Source: an uncultured Gemmatimonadaceae bacterium
GTDB taxonomy: Bacteria; Gemmatimonadota; Gemmatimonadetes; Gemmatimonadales; Gemmatimonadaceae
Direction of reading: 5' to 3'
Length of the DNA stretch: 64,000 nucleotides
NCBI GenBank assembly: GCA_963740355.1
Contig: CAVUDW010000002.1
Location: forward strand, 704,001 to 768,000
Part shown: positions 30,088 through 39,452 of the stretch, in pieces
Numbering within the stretch: position 1 is the stretch's first letter
How the letters are laid out: the number at the start of each line of letters is the position of its first letter
The notes under the pieces: generated by a model
The model's input: only the letters and a program-made list of their open reading frames with translations
What the model was told of the DNA's origin: nothing
Databases searched by the model: none
Made by a program: the position numbers and the translations under genes

Positions 30088-30774
30088 CTACTCTGCGGTG
30101 AAGGTCCGTGTTCGTGTCTGATAGTGCCGACGTTCACCACCGAGCAGGCGCACGAAGAAACCCCGCACCGTGCGCGTCATCGCCGTCCCTGGATTGCGAT
30201 CGCCACGCAGTGCTGGCCGCACCTCGCCGCGTAGCCACCGCTCCACTTCATCGAGATCGGTGAGGCTCAGCACCTCGACATCGAGACTCGAGTCGTAGTA
30301 GTAGCTCGACCCGCGCTTCATCGACGGTGGTGCCATGATCCGGAATGGCTTCTCCACCAACGCTTCCGCCTCTTCCGGCGTGTCGAAACGTCCCAGCCGG
30401 CTGGCCCGATCACCAACGACGCGATAGACCTCGAACTTCTTGTTCAGCTGGTCGTAACGCACCAGCATGTCCCACTCCACGGCGCCATCGAGCTGGTTGT
30501 TCAGGCGTTCGTTGCGCCACAACTCGCAGCGGAAATGGAGCCGCGCCGGAAACCCGCCGCGCAACAGGTCGCGCAACTCCCGTGATGCCAGCACCGCGCG
30601 CGGCGCGAACGCAGGTCCATCACCGCCACCGATGGCGCGCGCCGGCAGGATGACGTCAAGACGAGCATCCGGCTGTGCGTACACAGGCGCAGCCGCCGCT
30701 ATCGCGGACACTCCGAACAGTGCCAGCGTCAGCAGCCTACGCACTGCGCTGCGGCGAGTCACTGGCGAGCGCAC
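30088..30774 (-). CDS. exported DUF4390-like protein
   Basis: Signal peptide (RRLLTLALFGVSAIAAAAPVYA-Q); LRDLLRGGFPARLHFRCELWR...VRYDQL pattern resembles DUF4390; GTG overlaps the upstream TAG. Confidence 0.65.
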   Translation of the reverse strand: MRSPVTRRSAVRRLLTLALFGVSAIAAAAPVYAQPDARLDVILPARAIGGGDGPAFAPRAVLASRELRDLLRGGFPARLHFRCELWRNERLNNQLDGAVEWDMLVRYDQLNKKFEVYRVVGDRASRLGRFDTPEEAEALVEKPFRIMAPPSMKRGSSYYYDSSLDVEVLSLTDLDEVERWLRGEVRPALRGDRNPGTAMTRTVRGFFVRLLGGERRHYQTRTRTFTAE

Positions 30775-32510
30775 TAGTATCGCCGCACCAATCGCACGAA
30801 GACCTGCACACCCCGCGACGGCGGCGAACCGAGCGCCTTCGCGACGTAGATGCCGCCCTGGCCCAACTCCAGGCCAGCCCCGACACTCGTCTGCAACGCA
30901 TCGAGTCCCTTCGGTGCATCGGATGGCACCGGCGCCTTGAGGGACCGCGAGTTTTGCAGCCAGCCATGCCCCGCGTCCGTGAACAGCACCCAGCCGCCAT
31001 AGCCGCTGCGGTCGGGCTGGATCATGCGTGCGCCACCGAAGAGGTCCACCAGCCAGCGGATATCGTGACGGTAGTCCACGCTCAGCAGCATCATGCGATC
31101 GCAGAGCGCCGGTGATCCGCTGAGTGGAATCGCCCCTGAACACTGCAAGCCATCCGGCGTGCTGACACGATCGCGGAAGGCGAATCCGCTGATCGCGCCG
31201 GGCCCGCTGAGCGACAACCGGCGTTGCAGTGGCAGTGGATCACCATGCAACCAGCCTCCGACAATCAGACGCGTATTGAGCTGCCCTGACGGCGACAAGC
31301 GGCTGTACCGCCGCAAGTCCAGCAGGCCACGACCATACCGCACCTTGCGACCCGCACTCGGAAGTGGTGCGGCGATTTCAGTGCCATAGGTCTCCTGCGT
31401 GCCATCTCCGACTTCGTACTCACCCTGCAGCCACCAGCCAGAACGTGGCCGCACAGGATCGGTGCGGGTGTCGTAGCTCGCGCGCAACATCACCCGTGTG
31501 AACTTCGCGCGGTCGAACTCCGGATTCTGGCGCCACGGATCGTCGTTCTTCCAGAGCGTGAACGGGTTGAGCGTGCGGCGCGGGCGCCAGAGTTCATCGC
31601 TGACCTCGAGTGAGGCATGTACCGCGCGCCCATCCCGGAATCCGATGATGCCGCTCCCACCGTGACGATCGTAGTAGTCGCGATAGTCGCTGTGCCCGAT
31701 GAACGACGCGAGGCCGACCTCCACATCGCTCAACTGCCAATCTTCCACCGGCGCCACGACGTCGAACAGCCGCCCGCCGATGCTGAAGTGCTCGCTGCGC
31801 CCCATCCGCAACTCCACGCGCGCACTGTGTCCAACGTTGTTGCCGTTCCATTCGATGCGTGAGCCGGTGCGGAAGATGCCGAAGAGATCGGCCGCCACGG
31901 TACCGAGCGGCGTCTTGTACCGCAGGCGCGGGCCAAACTCGATCGGCAACCCTTCCACCCGGTTGTAGGTCCGCGTCAGCGCCAACCGGATGCCGACGCC
32001 GGCCTTTGGTTCACCCTGGCCGATCAGCCTCCAGATTTCATCGAACGGTGCCTCGAGGTGCAGCACGCCATCGTCGATGCCGTAGCGAACCGAATCCGTC
32101 TCGACACGCAGCGAGCCGAGGCGCGCGCTGTCGGTGCCCGTCACGCGACCACCGAGGACGGCGACGTCGCCCGTCACCGTGGCGGTTGGTGCGAACTCCA
32201 CATCGCCGTTCAGCACCAGCAACGAGCCTTCGATGGTGCCGGAAATCCGCACGGGCCCACCGAGCACCGCCACCGACGTCCGGATCACCGAGTCAGCCAG
32301 TAGCGTGAACGGCGCCGTCTCGCGTCGTGTGGCCGGTGCATTGTAGAGTGCCTGTGCCTGCTCACGCTCGCGACGCGTGGTGCCGCGCGTGGCGCACGCC
32401 TTGCCGCCGACCGTGTCACCGCAGGTTGACCAGGTGGGTTGTTGCGCACGGACTGCGGTCGCTGTGCACGCCACGCACCCGAAGGCCGCCAGCGCCTGCC
32501 GAACCTTCAC
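30774..32510 (-). CDS. outer-membrane beta-barrel protein (Omp85/BamA-TamA-like) with N-terminal bactofilin-like beta-helix
   Basis: Signal peptide; beta-helix repeats VAVLGGPVRISGTIEGSLLVLNGDV..GDVAVLGG; YNRVEG; YDTRTDPVRPRSGW; FTDAG; C-terminal VFVRLVRRY. Confidence 0.75.
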   Translation of the reverse strand: MKVRQALAAFGCVACTATAVRAQQPTWSTCGDTVGGKACATRGTTRREREQAQALYNAPATRRETAPFTLLADSVIRTSVAVLGGPVRISGTIEGSLLVLNGDVEFAPTATVTGDVAVLGGRVTGTDSARLGSLRVETDSVRYGIDDGVLHLEAPFDEIWRLIGQGEPKAGVGIRLALTRTYNRVEGLPIEFGPRLRYKTPLGTVAADLFGIFRTGSRIEWNGNNVGHSARVELRMGRSEHFSIGGRLFDVVAPVEDWQLSDVEVGLASFIGHSDYRDYYDRHGGSGIIGFRDGRAVHASLEVSDELWRPRRTLNPFTLWKNDDPWRQNPEFDRAKFTRVMLRASYDTRTDPVRPRSGWWLQGEYEVGDGTQETYGTEIAAPLPSAGRKVRYGRGLLDLRRYSRLSPSGQLNTRLIVGGWLHGDPLPLQRRLSLSGPGAISGFAFRDRVSTPDGLQCSGAIPLSGSPALCDRMMLLSVDYRHDIRWLVDLFGGARMIQPDRSGYGGWVLFTDAGHGWLQNSRSLKAPVPSDAPKGLDALQTSVGAGLELGQGGIYVAKALGSPPSRGVQVFVRLVRRY

Positions 32511-33904
32511 GCGTCACCTCGTCCGTCGTGCATGCCACCACCAATGCCGAGTCGTTTCATCCGTCGATAGAGATTCGGTCGATCCGTCTGCAAGCGTCGC
32601 GCCGCTTCCGCCACGTTGCCGGTGGAATCGTCGAGGGCGCGCACGATCAACTGCCGTTCATACAAATCGAGCGCGTCGCTGAGTGGCAGCGACGGATCGA
32701 TCCGAGCTGCCGACTGCGGCGTCGACCGCTCGCTGCCGCGCGGAGCCGGCAACACATCGTGCACGTCGCCCACCCGCAGTTCGCGCCCCGGGTGCAGGAT
32801 CGCCAACCGTTCCACGATGTTGGCCAGCTCGCGCACATTGCCGGGCCAGCGGTGCGCGCGCAGCGCGGCCATCGCTTCCATCGTGAACGTCGGCGTCGCG
32901 CGACCGGTGCGCGTGCGATGCAGGGCCGTGAAATGCAACACCAGTTGATCGAGGTCCTCGATGCGGTCGCGCAGCGGAGGCAGCGTCATCGGGATCACGT
33001 TCAACCGGAAGAAGAGGTCCTCGCGGAAGGTGCCGTCGGCAACGGCTGCTTCGAGATTGCGATTGGTCGCCGACACGATGCGCACATCCACCTTGATCGG
33101 CTTGCCGCCGCCCACGCGCTCGATCTCCCGGGCCTCGATCGCACGCAGCAGCTTTGCCTGCGCTTCGCTGCCGAGGTCACCCACTTCATCGAGAAACAGC
33201 GTGCCGCCATGTGCCAGCTCGAAGCGGCCGATGCGGCGCTCGGTGGCTCCAGTGAAGGCGCCGCGTTCATGCCCGAACATCTCGCTCTCGACCAGGTCGC
33301 GCGGAATGGCGGCGCAGTTGGTGCGCACGTAGGCCTTGTCGCGGCGCGGACTACCGGTGTGCAGCGCCCCGGCCACCAGTTCCTTGCCGGTGCCGCTTTC
33401 GCCTGAGATGAGGACGCGTGCATCACTCGGAGCCACGCGCGCGATCAGCTCACGCACCTGCTGCATCGCCGGGCTATCACCCACCAACCCGCCAGCCAGC
33501 CCGAGATCTTCGCGCAGCGTGCGTGCCGCACGGCGCGTCTGTCGCAGTTCCAGCGCCGACCCGAGCGCGAGCAGCGTGCCTTCAGGCGTGAGCGGCTTTT
33601 CGAGAAAGGTGAAGGCGCCGAGTCGCGTGGCCTTGACCGCGTCGCTGAGTCCCGCGCGCCCGCTCATCATGACCACCGGCAACTCGGGGAATCGCTCGCG
33701 GAACTTCGCCAGCGTATCGAGGCCATCGGTGTCGTTCGGCATCATCAGGTCGAGCAGCACCACATCAGGTTCGGCTTCCAGCGCGCGTGCGAAGGCCGAG
33801 TGACCCTCGGGCGCATCGCGGACCTCGTACCCCTCGGCGGCGAGCAGCGCACCCACCATCCGGCGGATATTCGGCTCGTCGTCGACGATCAGGACACTCG
33901 GCAT
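32507..33904 (-). CDS. sigma-54-dependent response regulator (NtrX/NtrC family; REC-AAA-HTH)
   Basis: VLIVDDE, LLDLMMP, GESGTGKE, ESEMFGHERGAFTGA, LFLDEV, WPGNVREL, Fis-type HTH. Confidence 0.96.
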   Translation of the reverse strand: MPSVLIVDDEPNIRRMVGALLAAEGYEVRDAPEGHSAFARALEAEPDVVLLDLMMPNDTDGLDTLAKFRERFPELPVVMMSGRAGLSDAVKATRLGAFTFLEKPLTPEGTLLALGSALELRQTRRAARTLREDLGLAGGLVGDSPAMQQVRELIARVAPSDARVLISGESGTGKELVAGALHTGSPRRDKAYVRTNCAAIPRDLVESEMFGHERGAFTGATERRIGRFELAHGGTLFLDEVGDLGSEAQAKLLRAIEAREIERVGGGKPIKVDVRIVSATNRNLEAAVADGTFREDLFFRLNVIPMTLPPLRDRIEDLDQLVLHFTALHRTRTGRATPTFTMEAMAALRAHRWPGNVRELANIVERLAILHPGRELRVGDVHDVLPAPRGSERSTPQSAARIDPSLPLSDALDLYERQLIVRALDDSTGNVAEAARRLQTDRPNLYRRMKRLGIGGGMHDGRGDA

Positions 33905-33914
33905 CGGTGGTCGG

Positions 33915-34445
33915 TCAGCCCGGTGTCGAGCTGCGCTCGGCGAGCACCCTCGTCACGAATCGCTGGCCCTCACTGATCCGCTCCACTTCCACCGACATCG
34001 CTTCGACCGCAGCCTCGATCCGCTGCAATCGATCGGTCGTGTCGCGTGCCGGTGCGGCGATCTGTCGGTTGGCACTGCGGTTGACGAGCGCCTTGAGGAA
34101 CCCGAACACCGGATAGGCGGCCACCATCATGCAGAAGCCGACGATCGCCGTGGTTGCGATCGACTGCACGCCCGGTGGGATGTCGCGCGGAAAGTCTCGC
34201 GGGAATTGGGTGCCGGAACCGCCCTGAAAGACGTCACCACCACCGGTGGCGCCGTCGAGCGTGATCGTCTTGCCATCGCGCTGAATCGTGATGCGACCCG
34301 GCGCGGGGGTCTCGCCGCCCAAGACAATCGCAGGAGCCGCGGGAGCGCTTGGCGCCTGCGGTGCTGCGGTGGGCGGTTGTGCCGGCTGCTGCACGATCGT
34401 TGCGCTCCAACCCGCGCCTCGGATCACGAACACCTGATTAGCCAC
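33915..34445 (-). CDS. single-TM protein, paralog 4 of the EVERISEGQR family
   Basis: GGAGG RBS then GTG at 34445; RITIQRDGKTITLDG, TM helix, RLQRIEAAVEAMSVEVERISEGQRFVTRVL. Confidence 0.85.
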   Translation of the reverse strand: MANQVFVIRGAGWSATIVQQPAQPPTAAPQAPSAPAAPAIVLGGETPAPGRITIQRDGKTITLDGATGGGDVFQGGSGTQFPRDFPRDIPPGVQSIATTAIVGFCMMVAAYPVFGFLKALVNRSANRQIAAPARDTTDRLQRIEAAVEAMSVEVERISEGQRFVTRVLAERSSTPG

Positions 34446-35013
34446 GTGGAACCTCCAGGGGAGCACGATCGGATAGCAGGCGCGTGGTGAAGCGCTGCCC
34501 TTCACTGATGCGTTCGACTTCGATGGCGACGGACTCGATGGCCGTCTCCATCCGAGCCATGCGTTGCGTGAGTTCAGCGGGCATCTGCGCCGCACCAACG
34601 TGCCCGCGCGTCTTGCTGCGATACCACATCACGACGGCTGCCAGCACCACGATCGCGGTGGAGACGATGGCCAGCCCCGCCACGACGTACGGCCCGTCGC
34701 TTTCCTGCTGATGATCAGGGAGCGGAATGCCGAGGGCCGTCGCGACCGCTTCCGGCGAGGCACCATCGAGTGTGATCGTCTGGCCGTTCTTCGTGATCGT
34801 GACGACTGCGTCGCGGCCGCCATCGGCCTGACCGGCACGCGCAGCCTCACGGGCAGCGTTTCGCGCCTCGTTGGCCGCGTTGCGCTGGTCCCTCGCCGCT
34901 TCGCGTGCTTGGGTGGCGGCCTCGCGCGCTGCCTCTGCGCTGCTACGAGCTTGCGCGGCCTGCGCGTCGGATTGTCCTGACTGCATCAGCATCCTGAATT
35001 CTCGCATGTTCAC
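34438..35013 (-). CDS. single-TM protein, paralog 3 of the EVERISEGQR family
   Basis: Ala/Arg/Glu-rich helix, VTITKNGQTITLDG, TM helix, RMARMETAIESVAIEVERISEGQRFTTRLL. Confidence 0.88.
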   Translation of the reverse strand: MNMREFRMLMQSGQSDAQAAQARSSAEAAREAATQAREAARDQRNAANEARNAAREAARAGQADGGRDAVVTITKNGQTITLDGASPEAVATALGIPLPDHQQESDGPYVVAGLAIVSTAIVVLAAVVMWYRSKTRGHVGAAQMPAELTQRMARMETAIESVAIEVERISEGQRFTTRLLSDRAPLEVPRG

Positions 35014-35639
35014 GCCTCGCCGACACTGCGGTACACGGCATCACCGCGAGCCGGCACTGGCACCGGACCTGCCGCACCTTCGGACAGCATCTTCGAGGTG
35101 TAGCGCTGGCCCTCGCTGATGCGCTCGACTTCGACGGCGATCGACTCGACGGCGTTCTCGATCCGGGCCATCCGGGCGGCCGTTTCCTTGTCGGGTGCCG
35201 CTGCGGCGGCGGAGGGCCGACCGCGGCGCAGGTAGTTGAGCACCATCCAGGTGATGAGGACGATTGCACCGAGTGTCGCGACGGTCAGCGACACGATCAT
35301 CTTCGGATCCGGCTGTGACGGCACACCAATGCCCGCCTGCGCCAATTGCTCTGAGGTCGGATTCTCGAGCACGATGGTCTTGCCGTCGCGTTCGATCACG
35401 ATGCGACCGCCTGCCACTGCAGGCACCGGCGGAAACTGCGCGATGTCGGCGTCGCCCTGGGCTGCACCAGCCGCCTTGCCAGCTGCTGCCGCCTGTTCCA
35501 TGCCGGCCAGCGCAGCCTTCTTCGCCGCCAGCTCGAGCTGCGCATCGATCCGCGCCATTTCGGCGTTGGTGGCGGCGGGGGTGGCGGGCGCCTGCGTGGA
35601 CGGTGCCTGTGCGGATCGAACCTGTGTTGGACTACGCAT
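35010..35639 (-). CDS. single-TM protein, paralog 2 of the EVERISEGQR family
   Basis: RIVIERDGKTIVLEN, TM helix, RMARIENAVESIAVEVERISEGQRYTSKML. Confidence 0.88.
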   Translation of the reverse strand: MRSPTQVRSAQAPSTQAPATPAATNAEMARIDAQLELAAKKAALAGMEQAAAAGKAAGAAQGDADIAQFPPVPAVAGGRIVIERDGKTIVLENPTSEQLAQAGIGVPSQPDPKMIVSLTVATLGAIVLITWMVLNYLRRGRPSAAAAAPDKETAARMARIENAVESIAVEVERISEGQRYTSKMLSEGAAGPVPVPARGDAVYRSVGEA

Positions 35640-35951
35640 GTGTCACCTCATTGGACGGGGCCCGGACTGGCGCGGCTTCGCGGGCCTTCTGCACCATCGG
35701 TTGCGCTGCTCCTTCTGACAGCAGACGCGTTGTGAATCGCTGGCCTTCCGACAAGCGCTCGACTTCAACGGCAACGGTTTCGACGATCGATTCGAGTCGA
35801 TCGAGGCGCATCGCCAGTTCCGGCGAGAGCGGCGTGCTGACCGAGATTCGCTCCGATTCGCCTCGTATAAGCGCGCACCAGCGGAATGCCGAGCGGCGAG
35901 AATGATCACCGTGGCAAGAAGCAGTGCCGGGATGACGATGTCTTCATTCAT
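35632..35951 (-). CDS. single-TM protein, paralog 1 of the EVERISEGQR family; two +1 frameshifts (about 35895 and 35853)
   Basis: Reconstructed as MNEDIVIPALLLATVIILALGIPLVRAYTRRIERISVSTPLSPELAMRLDRLESIVETVAVEVERLSEGQRFTTRLLSEG...EVTHA*, 105 aa. Confidence 0.8.
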
Positions 35952-37174
35952 GCTGACTGATCCGGAAGGTGCGACGCGGCTGTCGTTGGCAACGTGAGCG
36001 TAATGGTTGTACCAAGTCCTGCCGCACTGTCCGCGGCGACCGTGCCGCCATGTGCGAGCACCGTCTGGCGCACGATGGCGAGGCCGAGCCCCGTGCCCCC
36101 CGGCTTGGTCGTCACGTACGGCTCCCAGATTCGGCAGAGCGTTTCGGCCGGGATGCCGGGGCCGGTGTCATGCACGCGGATTTCAACCGCCGAAACCGGT
36201 GATGCGATCGCACGGGCCGCGACGGTGATGGTGCCAGCCGGACCGGCGGCATCCGCCGCATTCAACAGGATGTTGCTCACGGCCCGTGCCAGCGGATCGT
36301 GGTGCCCCGACACGAAGGGCAACGACTCCGGCACTTCGAGGGAGACCGTCGTCGTTGGCGACAGCGTGGAGCGGGTGGCGTACCGCAGCAACTCAGCGAT
36401 GTCGACATCGGCCACCGGGCCATCGGGCAGGCGGCCGAACTGTGCAAAACTCTTGGCCAGCGTGTCCAGCCGCTGGGTCTCGATTTCGAGGACGTCGATC
36501 GTGTCCTGCAGCTCCGGCGCAGCGGATTTCCGCAGTCGGGAGACGGCGAATCGGATCGGCGTGAGCGGGTTCTTCAGCTCATGCGCCACGCGGCGCGCGG
36601 TCTCGCGGAATGCGCCCAGCCGGGCCGCCTCGGTCGCGGCCGTCCGTCCCGCATCGAGTTGCATGGCCATGGTTCGCATCCGGGATCGCAGTACCTCGAA
36701 CTCGGGAGCGCCGCGACTCGGCGGCCCCGATGGAAGCACATCCGCTCGCGCGATGCGCTCCGTCCACTCTACCACCTCATCCAGCGGCCGACTGAGCTGC
36801 CGACTGAGGTGCCCTGCCACTCGCCCGGCGACGACCGCCAGGATGGCGAACAACACCAGCACCACCACCAGCACCGGACGGATCACGCGCGGTGCCAGGT
36901 ACTCCAACCGCTTCGCCTGATCCAACGACGCCTGCAACTCCGCCTCGTGCGCATCCAGCGCTGCCTTGACCTCGCCTTTCGGCGCGGACCGTCGGGCCGC
37001 CGCAAGCGCACGGCTCCCCGTCTCAGCGACCCGGCTCCACGCGCCACCGGAAGCCATGAATGGCAGGGCTCGGTTCGCGGCCACCAGTCCCACCGTCGTC
37101 AGCAGGGCAGCTGGCAGGACGGCGAACGCGATGAGCACGAGCAGCAAGCGGGTGCGGAACCCGAGACGGGACAC
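35948..37174 (-). CDS. membrane sensor histidine kinase (NtrY-like; HAMP-HisKA-HATPase)
   Basis: Two TM helices, ARRVAHELKNPLTPI H-box, NILLNA, DTGPGI, EPYVTTKPGGTGLGL. Confidence 0.95.
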   Translation of the reverse strand: MSRLGFRTRLLLVLIAFAVLPAALLTTVGLVAANRALPFMASGGAWSRVAETGSRALAAARRSAPKGEVKAALDAHEAELQASLDQAKRLEYLAPRVIRPVLVVVLVLFAILAVVAGRVAGHLSRQLSRPLDEVVEWTERIARADVLPSGPPSRGAPEFEVLRSRMRTMAMQLDAGRTAATEAARLGAFRETARRVAHELKNPLTPIRFAVSRLRKSAAPELQDTIDVLEIETQRLDTLAKSFAQFGRLPDGPVADVDIAELLRYATRSTLSPTTTVSLEVPESLPFVSGHHDPLARAVSNILLNAADAAGPAGTITVAARAIASPVSAVEIRVHDTGPGIPAETLCRIWEPYVTTKPGGTGLGLAIVRQTVLAHGGTVAADSAAGLGTTITLTLPTTAASHLPDQSA

Positions 37175-37426
37175 TGAGGCGACTACGAGCTGAGGGAGGG
37201 GGATGTTTCGGTCATTCTACCCACGGACACACCGGTCGGTCGGGCCCAGCGGTGCCGTTGCGGCGCAACGTCGTTAGTTTATCTGGTGCACTTCCGCTGT
37301 CGCGGCCTCCGGCCGGCCTTGCCCTTAGCATCTGGGGCGGGGCGCCGGGGAGAGCGACCGCGCAGCCGCCGGCACTTTCGCCGCTGCGGCGCGTGCCATG
37401 ATCGCTTCTTCACATCCCCAGTTTAC

Positions 37427-39359
37427 ATGAACGGACGCACGCCGCGTCCGCACGCACCCCGAGGGCCCATCGCCCCGGTGCATCGCGGACCGCAGGCCAG
37501 CAGCATGAGTGCTGCGGCCTCCCCCAGCTACTCGCAGTACAGCCAGGCGCCCAACGCCGCCCTGCTCATCGACTTCGACAACGTCACGATGGGCATTCGC
37601 TCCGACCTGCAGACGGAGCTCAAGAACCTCCTCTCGTCGGACATCATCAAGGGCAAGGTCGCCGTCCAGCGCGCCTACGCCGACTGGCGCCGCTACCCGC
37701 AGTATGTCGTCCCGCTGGCCGAGTCGTCGATCGACATGATCATGGCGCCGGCGTACGGCAGCTCGAAGAAGAACGCCACCGACATCCGCCTCGCGATCGA
37801 CGCCGTCGAACTGATGTTCACGCGCCCCGAGATCGGCACCTTCATCCTGCTCAGCGGCGATTCCGACTTCTCGAGCATGGTGATGAAGCTCAAGGAGTAC
37901 GGCAAGTACGTGATCGGCGTCGGCATTCGCGAAAGCTCCAGCGACCTGCTGGTGATGAATTGCGACGAATACTACAGCTACAACGCACTCGCCGGCCTCG
38001 TGAAGACGAGCGACGAGGAGACCGTGAAGCGCGATCCGTGGGAGCTGGTCACGGAGTCGCTCGCCCGCATGGTGCGCAATGGCGACGTGATGCGCGCCGA
38101 TCGCCTGAAGCAGGTGATGCAGGACATCGACAATGGCTTCGACGAGAAGGATCTCGGCATGTCGAAGTTCTCGAAGTTCGTGCAGGAGGCGGCGCAGAAA
38201 GGCCTGCTGACACTGACGCGACTCGAGAACGGCCAGTTCGAGATTGCACCACCGGGTGTGAAGGCAACGGGTGCGGCACCGGCCGTGGCCAGTGCCGATG
38301 TCGCCGGTGCACTCGACGAAGCCGCCGAGAAGGAAGAGGGCGAGGAGAAGAGCAGCCGTCGCCGTCGTGGGCGTGGTCGTGGACGCGGTGGCCGTGATCG
38401 CGAGCCGCGCGAACCGCGCGTGCTGACTGATGTCGTGGCCACGGCCGTCGCTGCCAGCGAGCCGGCATCGACCACGAGTCGCCGACGTCGAGGAAGAAGC
38501 GGAAGCCGAGGCCGACGTTGTTGTTGCGGCTCCGGTGGCGCCGACGCCGCGCGTCGACGCGCCGCGGCCGACGCACACACCGCGTGCCGAGACGCCGCGT
38601 GCCGCACAGGGACGCGACTCGATCGGGCTCGGTGGTGAACGCCTCACGCGCAACGAAGCCTTCGATCTCGTGCGCAAGGCCGTCCACGCCACGGTCAAGA
38701 ACGACATCCCAGCGGGCATGCTCGCGGTGCGTGAAAGTGCCGCAGCGTTGCTCGGCCGCGACAGCGAAAGCCTCAGCGAACGCAACTTCACTCGAATCCT
38801 GCAGGACGCGCACGATGCCGATGTGATCGACCTGCGCAAGCGTGGCGATTCGTGGGAAGTGGCGCCGGTGCAGCAGGTTGGCGAAGTGTCGGAGCAGCTG
38901 GCGAAGCACGAAGCGGCGAATGCACCGAAGCCGGTGGCTGGACCGCCGGCACCGCGCGGCATGGGCTCACGTGGTGGCATGCGCGGTGGTCGCCCGTCCG
39001 CACCGCCGCCGGGGCTGTTGATGGTGGGTGTGGTGGATGAGTCGCCGAGCGTCGTTTCGACGCCCGTACCATCTGCCGCTGCGCCGGTCGCCGCCGTGGC
39101 GCCCGCCGCCAAGCCAGCGCCACGCGCGCCGGAATTGGCACTGACACCGGCAACACCAGCGAAGTCGCCGGCGAAGCCGAATGGCCGTCGTCCCGCCGCG
39201 AAGAAGGCTGCACCGGCAAAGCCCGCCGTGAAGGCCGCAGCGCCAGCCAAGGCGCCGGTTGCCAAGGCACCAGTGGCCAAGGCGCCAGCCAAGAAGACGG
39301 CGCCCGCCGCGAAGAAGGCAGCAGCCAAGGCACCGGCAAAGAAGGCCGCCAAGCGGTAG
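37427..39359 (+). CDS. NYN (LabA/DUF88) RNase-fold protein with LOTUS/OST-HTH-like domains and Lys/Ala/Pro-rich tail; +1 frameshift at about 38460-38480
   Basis: LLIDFDNV, RAYADW, KNATDIRLAIDA, LSGDSDF, CDEY; LKQVMQDIDNGFDEKDLGMSKFSKFV (LOTUS-like); the second frame continues to a PAKK-repeat tail. Confidence 0.85.
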
Positions 39360-39452
39360 TCGTTTCGCTGGTCGCAGCTGTTCGACCGCCACGCCCGCAT
39401 CACCGAACTCGGTGATGCGGGCGTGGTCGTTTCAGCCCATCATCTTTCCGTC

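Noticed and set aside
37325..39403. 692-aa minus-strand ORF
   Set aside because: Antisense shadow of the NYN gene; its FFAA/GALA repeats are the reverse complement of AKK codons.
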